Of a DNA stretch of 64,000 nt, positions 25,266 to 37,499 are shown piece after piece. The position numbers were made by a program, and so were the translations under genes. The notes under the pieces are model-generated. The model did no database searches. It was not told the DNA's origin and was given only the letters and a program-made list of their open reading frames with translations. The stretch's first letter is position 1; every line of letters starts with the position of its first letter. The stretch is from Lama glama (Eukaryota): the NCBI GenBank assembly GCA_028534125.1, contig CM052816.1:43898001-43962000 (forward strand), given 5' to 3'.

Positions 25266-25619
25266 TGTAAACAGCTTGGTACCATGATTCAGAAGCCACA
25301 AAGTGAGCCTACAGACATGGAACTCAGTTTAAAAAATATAATTTGAATGTCTTTAAAAGAGGCACGCTCAATCTGGTTAGCTAAAATTTCTGTATCCCTC
25401 TCTACACTAATTCCATTTCGTTCCTTTTCTTTGCCTGTCTGGCAACTGAAGACATTTGGATTTCCAATCTCTGAATTATAGATGCCTGTAACTCAGTTTT
25501 GGCAGACTCTCAATTTATAAGAAAGCTTCAATTTGATATTTTCCTTATTTTCTTTTTATATTTCTCATAAGAAACAAAATGCGTTTTTTGAGATTAAAAA
25601 TAAGAAAACCAAGAAGAAA

Positions 25620-25670
25620 TTTGAACTAGATGCTCTTAAAAATACCTTCCAACCGTGAGGTTCTATGAGG
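25620..25670 (+). mobile_element. MIR3/L3-type 3' tail
   Basis: ttgaactagatgctcttaaaaataccttccaaccgtgaggttctatga. Confidence 0.5.
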
Positions 25671-25899
25671 CCACTCATAATAAAAATCCCAAGTATTTAG
25701 TACATCCCTCAGGTCTTAATGCTTTTGTGGAGAGAGGGTTGCAGAAGACAGAAGCAAAAGAAGAGGTTTATGCCTTGAGGGCTGGAAATAGATCTGCCTT
25801 CAATGCAGGAATCTCATTAGCTATTTAAAATTTTAATGTTGCTTTTTTTTTTTTAAAAGACACATTGCAGACTCTTTCAGGTTACCAGGGTAATAATAG

Positions 25900-26130
25900 A
25901 CGCAAATATTCCTTTGTGATCTGAAGAGGTGTTTAAGGCTTCTTCATCTGGCCTTGTTTCTCCCTTCAGCTTCATCTCTTATCACTTCTCTGAACTTTTA
26001 GCCCCAATAGTTTCAGTTCCTGGAACAGACCCGAACTCTCTTACCTTTAAGCCTTCTCTTGTATTGGTGCTACCACCTGGCATATTCTCCCATCGATTTC
26101 TCTTGGCTAAGTCCCCGCTGAGATCCTGGT
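25900..26130 (+). mobile_element. L2 fragment
   Basis: aaggcttcttcatctggcc...ctttagcccc...cttacctttaagccttctc...ccacctggcatattctccc pattern. Confidence 0.5.
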
Positions 26131-26139
26131 AAGGAGTCG

Positions 26140-26835
26140 TTGCAAATCTCCAAGGAGGTAAGAGTTTCGATGAGATCCTTCTGCTACTATGTTGCTGGTT
26201 GCTTCAAGAGACCGCGCTCCCCCACAGGTTCAGGTCCAGTCTGGCTGCTGGTAGACACTAAGAAGTGGCCTTTGTGAGCAGGAGCCCCGGCATAGCTCCC
26301 CCGCTTCCACCACGCCTACTCTTCATAGTCCCATTGTGCAAGCCCATTTAGGCCCTGGGGCGGCAGAGGAAACAAGCTGGTTGACAGTCACAAGACAAGT
26401 CATCCTATCCATCTGGTTACTGAGTGCTTACTCTGTGGTGATCAATTTTTGGTGAGGATTAACTGGAAACATAAAGATCCATTTACTTTATACTCACCCT
26501 AAAGTCCATCTGTAGATCTCTACTCAAGACTTCTTTACCTCCAAGCCTCCAACTTCATTCTTCTGTCCATGACTGAGGAATCAAGGCCTTTCCCACTATC
26601 CATGAGTTCGTGTATCACCACACTTTGGGTCCCTTCTACCTCCATATTAAGTCTATGATGCAATGTATTGCTCTCATCTCTGCCTACTGGTAAGATTTTC
26701 CTTAACACTGTCCTTTAGATAAATTCTAAGTGGGAATATGATGGCATGGTAGTCCATTTTTAGCTACCACTAACATATGTGAAAAGGCCCAAGTTCCTTT
26801 CATCATGATGTGGTTGTAGGTACACTCCCCCCACC
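26140..26835 (-). mobile_element. Degenerate ERV-L (class III) pol fragment, RNase H to integrase N-terminus
   Basis: Manual minus-strand translation, allowing stops and frameshifts, gives colinear ERV-L Pol-like motifs: LKDS..Q*AEMRAIH, YTNSW, WRLGGKEV, IFMFPVNPHQK, NQMDRMT, LAQWDYE, GLLLTKA, QPAT**Q. Confidence 0.85.
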
Positions 26836-27370
26836 ACCACCTCCAATGGGCTATTGTTAGTTAAAGGAGAAATTACAGTATAAGCAAGAAATAAAGTGCT
26901 GTCAGGAATAAGGTTGGCCAGAGTTCACTTAGAGCAAGTCACGTAATGGATACTAGGACAAGAGAGAGGTGAAGAAAAGAGGATGCAAAAGAGTGCATGC
27001 AAGGTACCTGATAAATATCCCCCATGTTTCCACAGTGATTGACTGATAGGAGGTACTAAAAATATTTGTGGTTTTTATCCTCAGAAGCATGAAACCATTA
27101 ACACTGATGAAGAAAGTTAACTACTCTGAGAAGTTAGGGAAAGTGAATCTTAGAAACCTATTAAATGTAAGAAAATGAAATTAAAATGGCTGTAGGAAAT
27201 TGGAAGAGGACACTTAAAGGATGGGTTTCAGGCAAAAGCAGACTTACACGATGTAGTAAGAGTGATCAAGGAGGGATGATGTGGTAAAAGATGGGGCAGG
27301 GAAATGACAAATTCTGAAGCACCATGTAAACATTGGCATGGCCTGGGATCCCCTGGAAGACGTGTGCAGT

Positions 27371-27919
27371 TGGACTGGTTAATTTTATGTGTCAAGTTGA
27401 CTAGGTTAAGAGATACCAGGTCGCTAGTAAAACACTGTTTCTGAGTGTGTCTGTGAGACTGTTTCCAGAAGAGATTAGCATTTGAATCAGTAGCCTGAGT
27501 AAGGAAGATTCAGCCCCCTCAGTGTGAGTGGGCAGCATCCAATTGGTTAAAAGCCCAAGTGGAACAAAAATGTGGAGAAAGGACAGATTCTCTCTGATTC
27601 ACCTGGAATGTCCACCTTCTCTGGCCATTGGACATTGGAGCTCCTGGTTCTCAGGACTTCTGACTCTGGGACTTAGAAGAGTGCACCCCCTTTAGACCGA
27701 GAGTTGTACCATCAGCTCCCCTGGTTCTCAGGTCTTCCTACTGGGATGGAACCAAACCACCACCACCAGCTTTCCTATGTGTCCAGCTGGCAGACAGCAG
27801 ATTGTGGGACTTCTCGGCTTCCATAAACATATGAGCCAATTTCTGTAATAAATACCCTTTTACATGTATCTCTTTCTATATCCTATTGATTCTGTTTCTC
27901 TGGAGGACCCTCTAGCACA
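27371..27919 (+). mobile_element. Solo MLT2 (ERV-L) LTR
   Basis: Starts tggactggttaattttatgtgtcaagttgact, contains tttccagaagagattagcatttgaatcagtag and ends cctattgattctgtttctctggaggaccctctagcaca. Flanking 5-mers GCAGT / GGAGT fit a TSD. Confidence 0.92.
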
Positions 27920-28269
27920 GGAGTGCAGAGAGCGCTCACGTTTTTGAGACTGCTCATTTGCAGTGGACTAATCTGCAGCAGTTCTTCTGGGTTGTAAGTG
28001 CAGGCTGTTGCAGTGAGAGCTGTGAACCTGAAATCAGTGATTGGTGTTTTAATCCTGTCTTTGCCACCTACAGCATTTTTCCTTAACAGCAAATGTGAGA
28101 GATGGAATAGAAGGTCTTTGAGCCTTTTTCAAGGGCTTGAGCATTATACAATTATGATTGCAAATTGGACCCTGTGATTCTGTGACCATCCGAGGGAGGC
28201 ACCCTCCAAGGCTGACAAAAGGTAGTTTCACAAGGTGTAGAGGTGTGGGAGTGCTATATAAAACATAAA

Positions 28270-28520
28270 ACAAAATAATTAGGTGGGCAAATGACTGACT
28301 AGCTAAATGATCTGCTAGGAAAAACTGTGATGGAAAAGATGACCTTACAGGGTATAGGGAAGATACAAGAAGCTGCGTTTTACTTATCGTCTACATAGGA
28401 GAGTCAGTGAGGTATTCCACTGGACAGGACTGAGAGACAAAGTAGAGAACAGCAGATAAATTTTGGTGATATCTGCTTGTAAGTGTATCTGATAGCTAGC
28501 TTCATGTGAATAGACAAAAC
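28270..28520 (-). mobile_element. L2 fragment
   Basis: Purine-rich L2-like text (gaggtattccactggacagg...gcagataaattttggtgatatctgcttgtaagtg). Confidence 0.5.
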
Positions 28521-31500
28521 TGTTCAAAATTTTAATATAAGCATCTTAAATTGGAATAAACTCCTTTTACAAATAAGCTGTATGATGTGAAGTTAAAAGA
28601 CATTCTGGCAAGGTGGCTGATGAATAAAATGTAAACAAATGACACAGAAACAACGACACTTCCAAGTCCTTGGGTGACTGAGGGAATTACAGTGTGTAAT
28701 TGAAGAGTGAAAGAACACACAAAAGTAATAGTTAGTCTTGCTAATGTTGAAGTGACCTGGCAAAAGTCATTGTTTCACACAGATTGACATTAGTGACATA
28801 TAATGTGACATAAGGAAAAAAAGTAGGTAGCTTTTAATTTAACACTTCAATATGGAAATTAAACATAGTTCAATCAGAACGTTGCTTTTTCTCTTCCCCA
28901 AACTGCCATTAGCTTGATGCAGAAGAAATTCTAACTATTCTCTCATGAAACTGACCTCTAATTATGACCAGAACTAGTGTTTCTCTTGTGTTTAATAGAA
29001 TGACTAGCTATCTTTAACACTGTCTAGATACTTCCTCTTCCTTTTTTATATTTTTAATGTAATACTACGTGAACAATATGGTATTTGTGTATGAATTCAG
29101 GTTATGTAGGATTAAATCAGAGAACAAATTAAACATTGTTTTGTTCAAAAGATAAGTGTCAATGATGGGATGGCAGATGACTCCAGGATGTAAATATTTT
29201 GGCTTTTATGAAGATAAAATGGATTCCAACACAAACTACTTCCACCTGCATAACTGTCTTAATAAAAATGTAGCCATATTGTCTTTTGTTCACTTTCTTT
29301 ATAAAGATGATTCATTTTCTTTACTTTGCTGTAATGGCCCTGAGCTTCTCCATGACTAGGGTGGAGGTGGAGGACACAGATGTAACACTATACCGTAAAG
29401 CTGTGGTTGTATCCATGTGGACTAATCTCCATGCTACTCTTATCCATGGGGGAAATTGCAAAGAAAGCAGAAAGATGACTTTCATTAGATTTGTAAAATA
29501 CCCTGAAATAAAACAGGATAGACTGTCTATCACTTTGTTTATCATTCTGGCAAAGAAATGTGCCAATCACCCAACTATATGTATTTCCATATACATTTGA
29601 ATACCTCTAAGATATTTACATCCAGATATGTTGTCCAATGGAAAAACCTTTCCAAGTGATGTATTGTTTTTATCTGGCTCTTCTCTTCCCACGACTATGG
29701 CATATTGTAAATTGTCTCAAAGAGTCTTGTTACAATGTTTAGTTCTTTAATCTCATGTCAAACCAAAGGTTAGTTTGACCCATATTAAATAATGGTAGAA
29801 AAATAGAAAAGAAGACATTGGCGATAAACAGTGTTTAATTCCATTTTGGAGAAAACAATCAACTCTCTTTCTGTAGGACAAAGCTGAGAATGGCCACAGC
29901 TCACACAAATATACAGTGCTGTATCATTCTCTGGTTAATAAAAACAATTTATATGCAGGGTAGTGAACAAGAGGAAAGTTATGGAAAACATTTCTCACCC
30001 AAGGACAGTGTACCAGATGTGCGGAGACTTATGGGAGCAATCAGAGGTGACCAAGTCTCTGTGGTGGGCCCTATTAAGTTAGATGGTGACCCAGACCTTC
30101 AGCTTATTAAGTTGTCAAGAAATTCAGTGATTAAAACCAAAGAAAGGTCAGATACAAACCTTCAGAATGTCCCTGCACTGGAATTTTCTTAGAGGCACTG
30201 GACCCTCATGGAGATACTTCTCTTGATACATGGATCTGTAACAATTAAATATTAGAACTGATTTACCCAGAGCTTGAGGGAAATTTTAGTAGATGATGCT
30301 TCTCAAGTTTATCTCATACTGGTTTCAAGGCTTTAACCAACATCTGAAGAAGTACCTTTGAGGGTGGTTTTGCATGTCATCAGAACTGAGACCAGAGGGA
30401 CAGATTCATGGGAACCTTGACTTGTTCAGCTGGGTCCTAAAAGACAAGTAAATATGGTAGTTACAGATAGAAACACTAGGAATAAACTTTTGAAACTTAC
30501 AAGCAGTGTATGTAAACGTTAAAACTGTTAGCACTTGTTGATGGTTTAATGCTGCCCCACGTTGCATCCTAGGCCTCAAGTACTGTATGAGTTTGGTCTA
30601 CTTTTCTCTATCCTGGGTTCTTCTCCTCTTTCTCCAACAGTGCATAGATTCACCAAACTCTGAATACATTCATATGAAGATGTAGAGGCACTGGGGTGTC
30701 ACGTATCTGTAAATAAATACTGGGCATGTATCTGAGATGTTAGATGTTGCCCTTCCTGCTGCCTTGGGGTTTACACCGAAGTCTCAACCTGAAAAGCATC
30801 AAACACTTCTCATCCTGAACCAAGCTGCTGTGCTCTCTCTGCAGCACCATGTGCAGCACCATGTGGTTCTGCAAGCTTCAGCCTGCTTCTCATCTCATCA
30901 TTTTTCCTGGTGATTACTCATGGTATTGATAATGGTGGTGTAACAAACAGAGCATGTCAAAAATTCCAAATTCGATGTATTCTATCCCACAAATTTCCAA
31001 ATCTTACTTTAAAGCTATACTTTGATGTGAACAATATAATTTTAGATGAAGGATTTAATAGACAAAATTATGGATTTTCTCTAGTTTCTTAAAAAGTAGT
31101 TTTGAACACTTTTGTATCTTTTCTGTTCAAAAGAGAAAATATTTTCTACTGATATAAGCTATAGTTTTTATACATGAGAGTTTACATATTAAGATATTTG
31201 ACTCATATTCCATTGCCCACAAATCTTAAATTCCTGTCTTTCCAATGTGCTTAACATGAAGAACAACCCCAAGTTTTGGAATGCAACTACTTGAACATGA
31301 AATTGCACAGTTTGTGCACATGAGAAAACTACAGAGACAACAGCATCCATGTCTTTGTGGAGACAAGGTCTCAGATCGTCTTTCAGAGTCCCACACATTC
31401 CTTCTTTTTCTTTCTTGATCAGCGTTCTGCCTGTGCTCTTTTCCCTCCACTTTGTGACTTAGGTGAGCTGAGCCTTGACCAATGGGAAATGGAAGGAGTC

Positions 31501-32989
31501 AGGTACATAAATTCCTTCTCTTTCTTTCTCTTCCCCATGGACTCCTCAAAACTTGCTTCCTTTTTGTAAAACTTACATACAAGTTTCAAGTGCCAGGTAA
31601 CCCAAGGACACAGCAACTCACCATGTGTCTCGGCGGCTCATTGTTAAGCAGAAACCAGTGTGGTAACACATCACAGCACACTGGTTTCACCTTTCTTTGC
31701 TTTGCTTCACTTTTCCTCTCCTCTTCACCACCAGGGCTGGCACCTCCCCAAAGGTGTTAACGCCTTAATCTTTGCCTCATTCTTTGTTTTCTAGAAGAAT
31801 CAGTTAAGACACTTTCCATCTGGGATGACTTCTCTAAGTTAGATATCTAAAATTGTGACAGAAAAGATGACTGTCAAAGCCAGTTGTAAGGCTGTGGTGG
31901 TAATCCCAGGACTCTATCAGAAAGAGAGAGAGAATTACCTCAATGTGGTCCAGAGAAAAATTACTGGCTTCAAATTCATTATATTTAAGATTGTGTAGCA
32001 CAGTCCAGATCACATCAGGATGGTTGTTTCTAACCCAGTGGATGGTCTTACATATGTTCCCTGAGACTCAGTGACCAAACCAAGCCCTGTGTGATTAGAA
32101 GTGGATTTAATCTGATTTTACTAGATTGGGCTATTTCATAGCTGAAAATCTTGGCATTCATCCCAGAAGCTGCCATAGATGGATTTGGAAAGACCATGGT
32201 GGGTCAAGTGTGGCTATGTAGTGTGAAGCAAATGTGACAAGAATTTTGTTTTTTATATTGAATTCAGAAATTTAAAAAATGGGCACTGACAATGAGATTT
32301 GGAAGAAAGTCTACAATTTGGTGAATAAAAGTGCCTAGGAGGTGTTAAAACAGAAAAGATACATAAACTTTGCCATTGATGTAGGTGTGGCATATTTAAT
32401 TGAACCTGTGTTAACACAATATCAAGTTTCATCTAGTACAAATAGTAATGAAAAGTATATGACATTAAGAATCAATTCTTCTCTGAGCCTTTCTTGTGTT
32501 CTGAATACTCAAGGATTACCTTTTGTTATCATCAAGAACATGAGAGTGAAAAAAAAAAAGAAACAGAATAAATATATTTCAATATCCAGAAAGATCTAAA
32601 ACAACTATGATATCTGGGTTCTTTCTGAGGAAATGTAACAGCTCTAATGTGACTAACTGAGTGTCCAGTTACCATTTGTATTCATGGATCATAGTTCAGT
32701 GTTTCTTTCTAACACAAGAATTTGGGCCCATAGTATCCAAGCACACTAATAAAATGCTTGCATTTTAATCTATGAAAAAATTAAATCAACTACCAAATGT
32801 ACCCAAAAAAAGGAAAAAAAGGAAACAAAATAATATAAACATTACATGGCTTAACTTAAAACTAAGTAGAAATATGTATGAGGGTAAATTTTCTCAATGA
32901 AACAGTTAGACTATACCTATCAGACAGCATTCCCTTTCATAATGTCCTCTGTGGTCTGTAGAAGTTGTTTTTTTTTTTTTAAATAAATC

Positions 32990-34070
32990 AACTGGCAATT
33001 AATAATAATTTTAAGTAACATTTAGAATTATAAAATTAATGGAATGTTCACTGTAGACCTTACAAATACAAAGAAAAGCATATTAAGGGAACCAAATTTG
33101 CAACTCCTAGGGAGAGTCATTGCTAATTTGGGTATACTTGTGCCTCAATAATTTTTATATATATTTACAAAGATACATACTTCCACATTAAGATAATACT
33201 GTGTAGGCAGTATTGCATTGTTTGGGGGTTTTTGTCATCAGTTTTCTGTATATTCCCCCAAGTGTTTTTACGTTCTTTGAAAAACACAATGATTTCATAC
33301 CTAATTTTCTCACTAGCCCATTGGTGAATAGTCAGGTGGTTTTGTCCATTTTTCTCTTAGGGAGAAATCTGTACTGAGGATCGATAACATACTCTTTTTT
33401 GTGTGTGTGCGAATCTCCCACTCCTTCCTAAGAAGTAGAATTCCTGGATCAAAGCGCACATACAATTAAAATTCTTTTGAAACCTATTACCAAGTTTACA
33501 ATAACCAAAAGTCAAATGCTATCCTATGAATTTTCAATTTCTGTTTTGACTGTTCACTGAAGTTACTTTTAAAATTTATTATCAGTTTGTACTTGTTATT
33601 AGCATCTTAATATCACTTACTATTTTTCTGTAGCAAGAATTTTTCTTATGTGTTGGGTTATACAAACTCTTTCCATGTAAAACAGTCTTACAATGAATGT
33701 GCCAGACATGAGTAAACATGAAAGACAAGTATTCACTTTCACAAGCTCATTTTAGGTTTCCAGGACAGAAAATCAACAGACGAGGAAACGTTGGTTTGTT
33801 TCAGTCAAAGGTGTTTCTTTGCATCTGACCTTTCAGATAGCCAGAGGGGTAGTGGACTAGAGAGGAGTGATGCCTTCACTAATGCGTACAGAGCATGAGA
33901 AGATTCCCCAGTTCTCAAATCTTTATTTTAAACTCGTACATCATGTTACAGTTATATTTATTTAAGTCTTGTCCACTTCTTGTCCAATTTCCTCCTTTGT
34001 TTTTTATATTTTTGTTGTTATTATGAATGGGATCTCTCTTTGCATTAGGTTTCCTAACTGGCTACAGCGG
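32990..34070 (-). mobile_element. Old L1 (L1ME-like) fragments, discontinuous
   Basis: ctagcccattggtgaatagtcaggtggttttgtcc...cctaagaagtagaattcctggatcaaag and attatgaatgggatctctct...tttcctaactggct. Confidence 0.65.
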
Positions 34071-35129
34071 GTGACTGTTTTAATTACGAAGTCTCTAATT
34101 TGAGCTTTGGTGCCAATGTTAGCATTAGAGTGAGCCAATTACCACAGATGCTACTTAAAATTTCCTGTAATTGAGCTTCCAGGATGCTATCCCCCTAGCT
34201 TCCTGAGCTCATACCCAGTGTAGAGTTACAGAACCTGATGATGACCACAAAGCTTAGCCTTTTAAGAAGTATTTATGTCTCTTGGTAGTTGATGTCTTTA
34301 AGTTATCCTCTGAAACTTGTTATTCATCAAACACCTTAATTTGTGTGTATTGTGTATAGTCAAGTTTAAGAAAATTTTAAAAAAGTATTCATACATTGTG
34401 AAAGCCCATGTAGTACTTTCCAAGTTGCATTACAGTTTTTGAACTTATTTTCTTACAGATTTTCATTTAAAGAAGAGAAAATTGACTATTATGACTGGAT
34501 CATGTTGAATGAGACTGAGCAGCTCTCTGCTTCCTGAATTCATAGTTGATGGGGGAGGGTATGCTGACTGTATGAAGGGGGCTGAGTGATTGTTACTGTG
34601 GGAATAGCTCTCAGGAATGATCTGTCTTCCCATCTTGCTGAGTGTCTACCTGTGTATTTCCATGGCACTAATAACTCTAGGGGTGCCCCAACAGATCACG
34701 TTCGTCCAGGGACAACATACAGGTCAAGGAGAAGCTTTCTCATATGATTCTCCTAAAGGTCTGCTACTGGTTGGTTTGCAAGTAACATTTTGGAACTCTT
34801 TTTTTTTCTCTTTGGTATTCAAAAAATTAGCTACAATTTTACATTAATATAATTCACTGATAGTGCTTGGTGTAATTATTGTTTTCCTACTAAATTTGAA
34901 GAGTTTGAATGCTTTGTGTTTTGGGATCAAGCCTATGTCCTTGTTAGATTTTTTTCCCAGGCTTGGCTAAAAAAGTATGAAAACAGAAGAATATTGACAC
35001 CATGAATTTCTTTTCTTCCAGTTCACAGAGATCCCACTTAAGGACAGGGCTGAATGCTTGCTGTCCAATAGCCATCCCCAAACCATCACCCCATCCCCTT
35101 CCCCCTGTATGCAAACGACTGCTTTCTGT

Positions 35130-35295
35130 ATGTTCCCATGTTATTCCATACTTGACTGTCATTGTGCTCAGTACATTTCTTTACTGAACTCTAACTCCAA
35201 AATGGTAGGAAATTGGTCTTATTTTTGTTTGCATCTTCTTCAAACCTCTGTAGGGGCAAGGCGTATGGTAACTGCTTATTGAATGAATCAATAAT
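35130..35295 (+). mobile_element. L2 3' end
   Basis: tggtcttatttttgtttgcatc...tatggtaactgcttattgaatgaatcaat. Confidence 0.55.
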
Positions 35296-35619
35296 CCATT
35301 GAATAGTCATTTTATTTTGCTCTCATATTACTTCCAAAATTGATCAACACCAGAGTATGCCAAATGCTTTTATAAACTATTTTAATTCTATATCGAGTTA
35401 CCAAAACTTAAACAATATTCTGTTAAGGAAATAAAACCGTTGTTTTCACTGTGCGTCTCTTCAACTTACAGAGTAAATTCATGTTTGGTTTGATGAGTAA
35501 GTGTATTTAGACATTTATCTGGCACACTTGAATAAATTCTTCTGAGATGATAGATCAGTGTACAGTTTTTAAAGTAATAATATAGCATGTGGAATTTACT
35601 CTGACAGCTTCTAGCAGCA

Positions 35620-35900
35620 GCAACAGCTAACACTTAAATAGCATTTACTATGTGCCAGGCTAGTAGCTAACTTCAAAGCACTTGCCAGGCATGATTTAAG
35701 GACTCTACATATATTAATTTGTTTATTCCTCTTGATAGTACCGTGAGGTTGGTATGATGATTCCCATTCTACATATGAGAAAACTGACACAGACAAAAGT
35801 TAAATGAAGTGTCCAAGGTTAGATTGCGGGTAAGTGGTAGAGTTAGTATTAGAAACTAGGCTGTCTGGCTTCACAGACTATGATCCTGACTGCCACGCCC
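35620..35900 (-). mobile_element. MIR SINE
   Basis: agctaacacttaaatagcatttactatgtgccaggc...cccattctacatatgagaaaactgacacag...tccaaggtt...gtaagtggtagagttag...ggctgtctggcttc. Confidence 0.9.
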
Positions 35901-36771
35901 AAGACTCTCTCTCAGAGCACGTTTAGAACATGGGCCAGAGGATGAAAAAAATATCAGGTGGTAGAGATAGAACTACAGACACGTAACCTACCCTGAATTC
36001 AATAACATCAATATAGACTGACAGAATTTTATTGATGGTAATAAATCCCTAGATTCTGAATCCTATGCTCACAACTTAAACAAACATTTTGAGATGAAAA
36101 AGTGGCACAAAAGAGTGCCCACTGCCGTCTGTAACGGCCAAGCCTAATCCAAACTCTATGAACGAACAACACTGTAGGATCCACAGGGTTCTTTTATGAA
36201 GAAGTGTTTTTTTTTTTCCAGCCAAGATTAATTAATTAGAGCTAGTTAAGAAAGACTGTCCACCTGGGTTTTCCCTCCTCTTCACACCCCTAAATCTCTC
36301 TGAATCTTGGCTGAGCCATAGGGGTACCTGAGGCTGCCAGCCCATCCTTTGTGCCTCCCAGTTTGTCCCCTGCCATCTGTCCGACGACATTGCCACCCCT
36401 CACCCAATACCCACCCCTCCAGCTTTCAGGCAACCTCACCAGCATGGCCGTTCTTTCAAAGCCGCTTCCATTTCTGATTTTATCAGGGAGGAAAAAAAAA
36501 AAAAAAAGACAGTTTAAAGCATGTTAAGAAAAAATTAGAACATAACAATAATTGCCCTCATTGTCATTTGGAATGATATAGGATGAGGCAAAACAGAAAT
36601 TGTTTTTAAAGGGTGGTAGGAAGATCTTTCTCACCTGCCACTGTGTTCACCAGAAACACACTCTCACTCAGGTATTGTCTGCAAGACGACACTGTTACTC
36701 CCGAAGGGATATCATCCGATAGTGCCAGGCATCATATTACATTCGTATAAATTGATATCAGCTTGAAAAGA

Positions 36772-36992
36772 GGTACTATTTCTTGAGTGTTTACATTGTG
36801 TGATATGTGCCTTACATATTTTATTTTATCTGATCCTCACCATTCATGCTCAGGTGGGTGTTAGCATCCATTTCATAGTTCAAACAAACAAATGTTACAT
36901 ATTTCCCAAAAGCCTCAGAGTTAGTAGGTTGCAGAGGTGGGATTAGACATTTTTCCATTCTGATTCCAAATCTCAAACTCTTTCATAACACC
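36772..36992 (-). mobile_element. MIR SINE
   Basis: ttcttgagtgtttacattgtg...tctgatcctcac...catttcatag...ttgcagaggtgggattagac...tctgattccaaatctc. Confidence 0.75.
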
Positions 36993-36999
36993 ATGGTGT

Positions 37000-37024
37000 T
37001 AAATAAATAAATAAATAAATAAAT
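37000..37024 (+). repeat. (TAAA)6 tetranucleotide repeat
   Basis: Direct reading. Confidence 0.95.
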
Positions 37025-37499
37025 ACAATGAATTTTAAAGAGGGATTAGAGAAGCAGCAAGAGAAGATGCCCAGAGAGGGCAGGCCTGGCTGGGAGGTTC
37101 TGAGGAAGCCAGTGGGTAACAAAATCTAAGAATCTCTGAATATTGACAAAAGAGTAAAGAATAAGAAGATTCCTGGAATGTCAAGAATGTTCTCTCCTTT
37201 GCAATATTTTTGAAAGCTTGATGTTTATGGCACGCTAGAGTAAGAGACTAGAAAGGAATTCAAAATGGGTGGAATGAGGAAACCTCAGCTTTGTAGGTTT
37301 GTTTGCCATATTTATATTCATTAAATTCCAAACTTCTAGATTTCTATTCCTACTCTTAAAGGTATTGTTTAAAAGGTACTGTTTGCTACCAGATGAAAGA
37401 TGGTAAAAGGAGGGCTGATAGAGACTGGGAAGAAATGATTGAGATGTTAGTGGTGTTGAATCCATATGATGTAGCTTCTATTTGAATTTGAGGAAAGAG

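Noticed and set aside
26140..27919. ERV-L pol fragment and MLT2 LTR as one provirus
   Set aside because: They appear to be in opposite orientations, and the LTR has its own TSD, indicating an independent solo LTR.
32060..32080. TCCCTGAGAC resembling the start of miR-125
   Set aside because: The match ends after 10 nt and there is no hairpin.
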